NCBI GenBank assembly: GCA_902559815.1
Contig: CACEJE010000001.1
Location: forward strand, 36,465-100,464
Source of the DNA: an uncultured Thiothrix sp.
GTDB taxonomy: Bacteria; Pseudomonadota; Gammaproteobacteria; Poriferisulfidales; GCA-002705445
Direction: 5' to 3'
Length of the DNA stretch: 64,000 nucleotides
The notes beneath the pieces are model-generated. The model had not been told where the DNA came from, did no database searches, and saw nothing but the letters and a program-made list of their open reading frames with translations. The position numbers and the translations under genes were made by a program. Within the stretch, counting starts at the first letter, position 1. Each line of letters opens with the position of its first letter. Positions 49,910-56,739 of the stretch are shown in pieces.

Positions 49910-51187
49910 ATGTCTTCGCTTAAGCCAGATCCTCTTTACGCCCTAGTTGACTGCAATAACTTTTATTGTTCTTGTGAGCGAGTTTTCAACCCAGCTTTGG
50001 AAAAAAAACCTATTGCTGTTTTATCTAATAATGATGGTTGTATTGTAGCGCGTTCCAATGAGATTAAAGAATTAGGAATTCCTATGGGTGCTCCTATGTT
50101 TCAATATAAAAAATTATTAGAGCAAAAAAAAGCTATTATTTTATCATCGAATTATCAGTTGTACGGCGACATGTCGCAGCGTGTTATGGAAACATTACGT
50201 CAATTTACTCCTGCCATGGAAGTCTACTCTATTGATGAAGCATTCTTACGTTTAGAAGAATTTAGACGATTAGACTTAATGAAATATTGTTTAGATATTC
50301 GTAAAACAGTAAAACAATGGACAGGTATCCCTGTTTCAATTGGCATTGCCCCTAATAAAACATTAGCTAAAGTTGCTAATCACATTGCAAAAAAAAATAC
50401 GGATATAGGTGTATTTAATATTTGTAAAAGGCAAACACAAAATGAGATTTTAGCTAATTTTCCTGTTGGTGATATTTGGGGGATAGGAAGACAGTTAGCA
50501 AAACGTTTAAATGAAATGGGTATTAATACTGCTTTAAAATTAAGGGATGTTGATATTGTATGGGCACGAAAACATTTTACTATAGTTGGAGAACGTTTGG
50601 TCCGAGAGCTTAGGGGTTTAAGTTGTTTAGACTTAGAAGAAGTGACAGCAAAAAAAAATATTACTTCATCAAAATCATTTGGCAAATTAGTAACTGATAA
50701 AAAAGAATTGATGAATGCTATTGCTAATTATACAACACGTGCTTGCCATAAATTACGTTTACAAAATAGTAAAGCGCAAGGTATTTATGTTTATTTAAGA
50801 ACTAATCCTTTTCGTCGTCAAGATCCTCAATATAATAATGGTACAACTTATGGGTTTACGGAGCCAAGCGATGATACAGCTTTCATAATTAAAGCAGCAA
50901 GAAAATGTTTAGAGCAAATTTATTCTAAAGGCTATAAATATCATAAAGCTGGCATTATGTTATTAGATATTGTTCCTGCTACATACAAACAAATGGAAAT
51001 GTTTGATACAGAAGAGAGTAAAGCTCGTAGTCAATTAATGCAAACTATTGATGCTATGAATATGACGATGGGACAAGATACGATTCGCTTCGCCGCACAA
51101 GGCATTGATCATCCATGGGCTAGAAAATGTGAGCATCGAACCCCGAGGTATACGACGAATTGGAAAGAACTTGTGAAAGTAATATAA
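49910..51187 (+). CDS. umuC: Y-family DNA polymerase V catalytic subunit
   Basis: 425 aa. ALVDCNNFYCSCERVF, SIDEAFL and a GIG helix-hairpin-helix (IWGIGRQLAKRL). Confidence 0.85.
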   Translation: MSSLKPDPLYALVDCNNFYCSCERVFNPALEKKPIAVLSNNDGCIVARSNEIKELGIPMGAPMFQYKKLLEQKKAIILSSNYQLYGDMSQRVMETLRQFTPAMEVYSIDEAFLRLEEFRRLDLMKYCLDIRKTVKQWTGIPVSIGIAPNKTLAKVANHIAKKNTDIGVFNICKRQTQNEILANFPVGDIWGIGRQLAKRLNEMGINTALKLRDVDIVWARKHFTIVGERLVRELRGLSCLDLEEVTAKKNITSSKSFGKLVTDKKELMNAIANYTTRACHKLRLQNSKAQGIYVYLRTNPFRRQDPQYNNGTTYGFTEPSDDTAFIIKAARKCLEQIYSKGYKYHKAGIMLLDIVPATYKQMEMFDTEESKARSQLMQTIDAMNMTMGQDTIRFAAQGIDHPWARKCEHRTPRYTTNWKELVKVI

Positions 51188-51200
51188 ATAGCTAAGTAAT

Positions 51201-51248
51201 TTACCCGTTTTGGGTAAACCCATATTGTCTAAACCTAATCTGGGTAAA
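51201..51248 (+). repeat. 48-bp direct repeat copy A (contains inverted repeat TTACCC-N5-GGGTAA plus a third GGGTAA half-site)
   Basis: TTACCCGTTTTGGGTAAACCCATATTGTCTAAACCTAATCTGGGTAAA. 42/48 identical to 55838-55885 in the same orientation. Confidence 0.8.
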
Positions 51249-51387
51249 GACTAAAAAAATAAAGACAATAAAATGACTTCTGAAGTTAGTTAGTGCTTCC
51301 TCCAGGATGGTTGGTTAGTAATTATTTTCGATCAACCATCTTAGAGTGAAGATTTTTTAAAAATAATTCTTAGGAGGAATTAATAAA

Positions 51388-51717
51388 GTGATAGCCAAAT
51401 TCATGAAAGTACCTAATTACAGTTATTTATTTTTATTTTTAAGCATTTTAAGTTTTAATGTTCTAGCTGGAGCAGATCCTGATGAAGTGACGCTTGAAGA
51501 AGAGATGCAGATAGAGAATGCAACACAAAAAAAAGACTATGTGCAAAAAGATAATATAGAGCTAAAGATTGAAAAACAACCTATTGCAGTTATTAAGGAT
51601 TGTATTTCATTTCCTGAGGCTGTAGCTTTTAAAGAGCATTTTGCTTGCAAAGCTGATATAGAAAAAAATCGTCTTGCAAGATTAAATTGGAGTTTTGCTA
51701 AATTGTTGTTAAGATAA
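51388..51717 (+). CDS. hypothetical small secreted protein
   Basis: 109 aa. The GTG start lies 8 nt after a strong AGGAGGAA site. Signal-peptide-like YLFLFLSILSFNVLAG. No family recognised. Confidence 0.4.
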   Translation: MIAKFMKVPNYSYLFLFLSILSFNVLAGADPDEVTLEEEMQIENATQKKDYVQKDNIELKIEKQPIAVIKDCISFPEAVAFKEHFACKADIEKNRLARLNWSFAKLLLR

Positions 51718-51750
51718 TTTTTTAGGGTTACTGTTTTAAGGATATGCATA

Positions 51751-52155
51751 ATGCTAGTATTGAAAATTTTTCATAGACAATGTATTTACTTATTAATTTT
51801 TTGTTTATCAATAAATTTGTGTTATGCCTATGATGGCAGAGCAGGTGATAATAAAAAAAATAGTAACCAAGCTATAAATTGTTTAAGTAGCAAAACCAAT
51901 TCAAATTTTTTCTCGGGCATGTCTATTGCTGAAAGATTTCAAAGCCTTTACGATGGTTCATTGGAAAGACACTTTTCAAAAAAACACGATACGATAAAAA
52001 AAGAATCTTTTGTTGATAGTTCGGTTGTTAGTACAAATTCTAGCCACGAATGTTCAAATGGTTTTAATACCATTGACACTAAAGGTATGTCAGTTTCTGA
52101 AAAATTTCAAATGTTACGTGATGGTTCGATAGAAAAAAAAGCATTTAATAAGTAA
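51751..52155 (+). CDS. hypothetical secreted protein with two copies of a GMS(I/V)xE(R/K)FQxLxDGS(L/I)E motif
   Basis: 134 aa with a signal peptide ending CYA. Internal repeat GMSIAERFQSLYDGSLER / GMSVSEKFQMLRDGSIEK. Confidence 0.45.
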   Translation: MLVLKIFHRQCIYLLIFCLSINLCYAYDGRAGDNKKNSNQAINCLSSKTNSNFFSGMSIAERFQSLYDGSLERHFSKKHDTIKKESFVDSSVVSTNSSHECSNGFNTIDTKGMSVSEKFQMLRDGSIEKKAFNK

Positions 52156-52197
52156 GTAACTTAATTTGATTCAGAAAAGTAGGTTTATTATACTAAT

Positions 52198-52683
52198 ATG
52201 ATGACTTTAAAAGACTATTTACATAGTTTTAATATTACTCTTGAGGCTTTTTCAAGAGACGTTGATATTCCTTATACTACTCTTACTAAATATGTATATG
52301 GTCAGAGAATTCCAACTCTAACTTATATGAATAGAATTAATAAACATACAAAAGGCGCAGTATCAGCAAATGATTTTTACAGCACAGTTAGCAGTGAAGA
52401 TTGGGAATGGCGTATCACTTACGAACGGGATTTTTCCCAGGCAACAGATGATGCTAAAAAGATTTTAGGTGATATGGATATACACCCACTAGCCTTTAGT
52501 GTGGTTGTGGAAATGGTATCACAAATGGGCATGGAGAGCGTTTCTGGGTTTAAGAATTTTCTTGATGCTCTTAAAAATGGTGATTATGAAAAAGCAGCGC
52601 AGGAAATGCGTGATTCTCGTTGGGGTAAACAAACACCAAAAATAGCTGATACACTTGCTAATAAAATGAGTTCTGCTTCTTAG
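52198..52683 (+). CDS. HTH (Cro/C1-like) domain fused to the C-terminal lobe of a T4-type (GH24) lysozyme
   Basis: 161 aa. The N-terminus ITLEAFSRDVDIPYTTLTKYVYGQRIPT is HTH-like. The C-terminus VVVEMVSQMGMESVSGFKNFLDALKNGDYEKAAQEMRDSRWGKQTP aligns with T4 lysozyme [44 protein letters not shown]. The catalytic N-lobe is absent. Confidence 0.6.
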   Translation: MMTLKDYLHSFNITLEAFSRDVDIPYTTLTKYVYGQRIPTLTYMNRINKHTKGAVSANDFYSTVSSEDWEWRITYERDFSQATDDAKKILGDMDIHPLAFSVVVEMVSQMGMESVSGFKNFLDALKNGDYEKAAQEMRDSRWGKQTPKIADTLANKMSSAS

Positions 52684-52707
52684 GCAAGAGTTAGCTTCCT
52701 ACCTAAT

Positions 52708-53709
52708 TTATTTTACTAAAATATGAAGATACTCAAAAGTATTATCAGCTTTATGGTTTCTGTTTTCTGTTTTATCTGCCTTAAATCTTTGATATTTTTT
52801 TTTGACTAATTTATATTTTCCATACTTTTTCATTATGTCTTTAGTAGTTTTTTCATTCATAAGACCTTCATTGTTATAACTAAGAAAAATATATTTAAAT
52901 TTTGCATATTTTATTAATTCTTCAAAACTATTACTGATGTCTTTTTTTATACAATATTTTGATCGCGTATATTCTCTTAAGCCAGTTTTACCTTGAGGAG
53001 TAAAGTTATCATATAAAGAAATAGTGTTAAGCAAATGATAATTTGCACCATATTGCCTATGATTATATGGTGGATCTAAATACAAAATATCACCACTTAT
53101 TTTACGAATAAGAGTATTACTATCTTCATTAAAAACTTTATGAGAATTTTTACTTTCTATAAAATCTGCAGGTTCTAGAATCAGATTCTTTTGGGCAGAT
53201 TTTTTAATATGTTTTAAAAAGGCACCATAAACAGAAGCCGTGTTAGCAACTTTATCAGCACTTTCTAATAAGGATGCAAGTAAGAAGTAATAAGTTTTTT
53301 TGTTAATTTTTTTTGAAGATTTCCATTCTTCGATTTTTATTCTTATGGTATCTATTTTTTTTCCATTATGATCTGTAAAGTACTGTCGGTTACTACCACT
53401 TCCAATACAATAGTTTTTAAAAATAAAACCATTCTTACACAATGGTAATGAATTTAGTTCACTTAGAAGACTTTCACTATTAGGAATTTTTATTTTATTT
53501 TCAATATAATTTTTATTTAATATATAACTGTAATGTTCTATATCATTACTAATTACTTTTTTAACTTTATTTTTGAAAGTTCTCCCTACAATACCTGTTC
53601 CTGCAAAAATATCGCAAAATGTTTTATCTTGTAAATTTCCATTCACTGTATGACTGATTTTATTTAATAACCAGGAAGATAATTTAAATTTTGACCCAAT
53701 ATAATTCAA
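52708..53709 (-). CDS. N6-adenine DNA methyltransferase, D12 class (alpha architecture)
   Basis: 333 aa. MNYIGSKFKL, motif I DIFAGTG and motif IV YLDPPYN, about 175 aa later with the TRD between them. Confidence 0.8.
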   Translation of the reverse strand: MNYIGSKFKLSSWLLNKISHTVNGNLQDKTFCDIFAGTGIVGRTFKNKVKKVISNDIEHYSYILNKNYIENKIKIPNSESLLSELNSLPLCKNGFIFKNYCIGSGSNRQYFTDHNGKKIDTIRIKIEEWKSSKKINKKTYYFLLASLLESADKVANTASVYGAFLKHIKKSAQKNLILEPADFIESKNSHKVFNEDSNTLIRKISGDILYLDPPYNHRQYGANYHLLNTISLYDNFTPQGKTGLREYTRSKYCIKKDISNSFEELIKYAKFKYIFLSYNNEGLMNEKTTKDIMKKYGKYKLVKKKYQRFKADKTENRNHKADNTFEYLHILVK

Positions 53710-53736
53710 TTTTTAGTCCTAGTTTAGTAAAGACAT

Positions 53737-54357
53737 TTATTTTTTAACCAACATTTGTCTAAATGCAACTGGGTCATACCAAAAACATCCTTTGCACTTA
53801 AACTTTTTTTCATATTTTTTGCTTCCATAGGTAAATGAAATTGGATAACCTAATTTTTTAGCATCATACCTTAAGCCCGTGTCTTTGCATTCCTTACAAA
53901 ATTGTCGTTTTGCATCGTTTGCTGGCTTGGATAGCGGTTGGAAATCTTCTAATTGTTGTGTGGCAGTATTCATTACTCGAGGATCATCTTTTCTACCATC
54001 TTTGTGATCTACCTCTGTTTTATGGTCACAACTTCTATTTGTTCCTAAAACAACACATCTTTGTTGCGATATTTTACGTTTTATATCATTCCTAATTGAT
54101 TGAGAATGTTTGGCAGTATCACAAGTATTAAATCCATTTAATCTAATTCTATCAATTTTATTTCCAGGAGTAATAGATTTATCTGTTTCTACGTTATATT
54201 CTTTTGCAAGCGATGATGATTTTCTTCCCCAATTCAATCCGTTTAATAACTCCAATGTTGAATATTTTCCAGCAAATTCAGATGTTTTTACCCATCTTGA
54301 GAGGCCCTGCTCATTTGGTTTTGCTAGCTCTAAAAACAACTCTTTTTGCTTTGCCAT
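53737..54357 (-). CDS. HNH (beta-beta-alpha-Me) nuclease, candidate restriction endonuclease
   Basis: 206 aa. EVDHKDGRKDD ... N, with flanking Cys pairs (CKECKDTG, CKGC). Positioned between two methyltransferase genes. Confidence 0.6.
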   Translation of the reverse strand: MAKQKELFLELAKPNEQGLSRWVKTSEFAGKYSTLELLNGLNWGRKSSSLAKEYNVETDKSITPGNKIDRIRLNGFNTCDTAKHSQSIRNDIKRKISQQRCVVLGTNRSCDHKTEVDHKDGRKDDPRVMNTATQQLEDFQPLSKPANDAKRQFCKECKDTGLRYDAKKLGYPISFTYGSKKYEKKFKCKGCFWYDPVAFRQMLVKK

Positions 54358-54358
54358 A

Positions 54359-54970
54359 TCAATGCCTTATCCACAAAATATCCGACAAAACTTGTCCATT
54401 TCCAAAGTCAAATACTTCTAAATTTTTTTCATTAAATCTATTTATATACTCATCTATTGATTTCTTCAACATCGTTATTTCTGCTTTCATTTTCCAATGT
54501 TCATTATTGTTATTATAGACGACAATAAATAAGCGATTTTCCAGGTGCTTTCTTCTTTGTTGACTTTGATTTTTATAAAGCCAATTAATTAAATCTTTTT
54601 TATTATTTAATGCATAGTCAATATCTTCATTAAACCCTTTGGGAAAAATTGAAGTTTTATGATCGAATGAAATGTTATTAATTTTAAAATCAGTTAGCCT
54701 ATCATATTTATTTTTATTGGGAATTACATTATCGTGCGAAGAAAATATATATTCGACAGCCATTGCACTCCAAAAGTTATACCATCTATTTAAAGCATAA
54801 TCCTTAAGATCAATATTTAAACTTTTTGTTTTTTCTAATAATGAATCAAAGCTGTATGTTTTATATATAAAGTTTGTCGTGTTATCCCAAGAATTATTTT
54901 GTTTTCTTCCCCACTTATATTCATGCGTGTGTCTCTTTTTTAATTCTTTTTCAAGTCTTAGCAAGTCCAT
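54359..54970 (-). CDS. candidate PD-(D/E)xK restriction endonuclease partner of the upstream methyltransferase
   Basis: 203 aa from the ATG at 54970, 1 nt after the methyltransferase stop. Possible catalytic D...DHK (DFKINNISFDHK). No family recognised; the call rests mainly on context. Confidence 0.4.
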   Translation of the reverse strand: MDLLRLEKELKKRHTHEYKWGRKQNNSWDNTTNFIYKTYSFDSLLEKTKSLNIDLKDYALNRWYNFWSAMAVEYIFSSHDNVIPNKNKYDRLTDFKINNISFDHKTSIFPKGFNEDIDYALNNKKDLINWLYKNQSQQRRKHLENRLFIVVYNNNNEHWKMKAEITMLKKSIDEYINRFNEKNLEVFDFGNGQVLSDILWIRH

Positions 54971-54971
54971 T

Positions 54972-55766
54972 TTATTTCTTAAAAACAAAAATGTATTCGT
55001 GTTTAAATATAAAATAATCACTATTTAATGCTCTATATCTCCAAATACCACCTGTTCCCTGTTTTCCTCTATTACCTTCTATATTTTTTACAATAGTTCC
55101 TTTTAATTTAACATTAAAATTTTTCAAAATAGCATCCATGCAGTAAAAACCTAATGGGATGACTTCGCTATTTTTATAAACATCTCCAATAACAATTGCG
55201 AAATATCTATTATCATCTAAAAATTTTAACGAATTTTCGCAAATCTTTAAAAGTTTATTTATAAAATCTTCAACCGTTTTACAATTTGATAAATCATTTT
55301 TATCATCTGTAAATTTTATGATATCCATATAAGGTGGGTGCATTAAAATAAACTGAGTACTTTTAATATTTAATTTTTTCTCTGCTTCTTCAAAACTCTT
55401 TTTTACTTTTTTTTGATCAAGTGCATTACAGTTTTTAATATAGTAGTTTGAATATCTTAGCAAATTATCAGACATAGATTTTTCGACAAAGCTTATAATT
55501 TTATCGTTAATATCAAAACCAATATAATTTCTTGATAAAGATTCGCATTCAAATAACGTAGTCCCGCTTCCCATAAATGGTTCTAAAACGGTTTCATTTT
55601 TTTTTGTATATCTTCTTATAAGCTGATTTGGTATTTGCGGTATGAAATTACCATGATAAATATTTTTATGCTTTCCTGTTTTTGTTCTTTTGGAAATCAA
55701 CCAAAGGGAATCGGTATCAATGTCACAATTTTTCCATTCTTTGATATTTATGTCATTGTATTTCAT
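54972..55766 (-). CDS. DNA methyltransferase (N6A/N4C type, motif order X-I-IV, gamma-like)
   Basis: 264 aa. YHGNFIPQIPNQLI (motif X-like), VLEPFMGSGTT (motif I) and an unusual motif IV, LMHPPYMD. Confidence 0.75.
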   Translation of the reverse strand: MKYNDINIKEWKNCDIDTDSLWLISKRTKTGKHKNIYHGNFIPQIPNQLIRRYTKKNETVLEPFMGSGTTLFECESLSRNYIGFDINDKIISFVEKSMSDNLLRYSNYYIKNCNALDQKKVKKSFEEAEKKLNIKSTQFILMHPPYMDIIKFTDDKNDLSNCKTVEDFINKLLKICENSLKFLDDNRYFAIVIGDVYKNSEVIPLGFYCMDAILKNFNVKLKGTIVKNIEGNRGKQGTGGIWRYRALNSDYFIFKHEYIFVFKK

Positions 55767-55837
55767 TAATTTTATTATCTTTTGAATTAATTTACTCTAT
55801 CAAATATTTACCTCTATATCAAAATTCAGCTTATTGA

Positions 55838-55885
55838 TTACCCATATTGGGTAAACCCAAATTGTCTATGCCTTATCTGGGTAAA
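55838..55885 (+). repeat. 48-bp direct repeat copy B
   Basis: TTACCCATATTGGGTAAACCCAAATTGTCTATGCCTTATCTGGGTAAA. 42/48 identical to copy A. It lies in the divergent region between the R-M operon and the MORN-protein operon. Confidence 0.8.
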
Positions 55886-56031
55886 TCTTTTTTTGTAAAA
55901 TTATTATTTAATTAATCTTGTCATGTAATGACACCCGTTAGTTGACGGTGGTGGGGGGTTTTTTCCTCTGAGTTATTAAAGTTGATTTTTCCCTCCCACC
56001 TTTTTATTAATTTTTTTAGGAGGATTTTTTT

Positions 56032-56727
56032 ATGATGAAAAGCAGTAAATTTAATATTTTATTTATATTATTTTCTTTATTTGCTACTAATGTGTATTCG
56101 CAAACTATTGAAGTTTCTGAGGATATTAAAGCGCATTGCAAGTCTTATGATATAGAACACGCGTTTTGGTCTGATTCAGAAAATGTTTGTATACATACAT
56201 TCAAGAGTAAAGATGATGAAATTTTTCATTACGTTGGAGGATGGTCTTTAACAGGTGCTTCAGGATATGGACAATTGTATGTTTATAATTCAAAAGATGG
56301 CAGTTTAGTAGGATTATATAAAGGTCAATTTAAAGATTCTCAGTTCCATGGTTTTGGACATTTTGAAGAAACATATTTTAATACAGAGGGAGTAAGTGTA
56401 ACGCGTACTTCTATCGGAAATTGGAGTGAAGATGGAGCTCACGGTTTTATTTATCAAAAGATTATAAATAATGATACTCAAGAGGTTTCAACTTTTTATG
56501 GAGATATGAAGAACGGTTATAAGGAAGGAAATTCTGTAATATTTACAAAAGAAATGGGGGTTAGTAATGTAATTTGGAAAGATAGCGAATATGTGAGCCA
56601 TACATCATCCCAGTTATTTTTAGACGAAACAGCGTATGCCTGGGTTCAGTATAAATATTTTGATAATGAGACTGTTTTACAAAAAAATGATAATGTTGAG
56701 ATAACTAAAATTTCAAAAGAAGAATAA
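56032..56727 (+). CDS. secreted MORN-repeat protein
   Basis: 231 aa with a signal peptide. Repeats of the YxGxWxxGxxxGxG type (YVGGWSLTGASGYGQLY, YKGQFKDSQFHGFGHF, YGDMKNGYKEGNS). Confidence 0.6.
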   Translation: MMKSSKFNILFILFSLFATNVYSQTIEVSEDIKAHCKSYDIEHAFWSDSENVCIHTFKSKDDEIFHYVGGWSLTGASGYGQLYVYNSKDGSLVGLYKGQFKDSQFHGFGHFEETYFNTEGVSVTRTSIGNWSEDGAHGFIYQKIINNDTQEVSTFYGDMKNGYKEGNSVIFTKEMGVSNVIWKDSEYVSHTSSQLFLDETAYAWVQYKYFDNETVLQKNDNVEITKISKEE

Positions 56728-56739
56728 AAAATAAAAATT

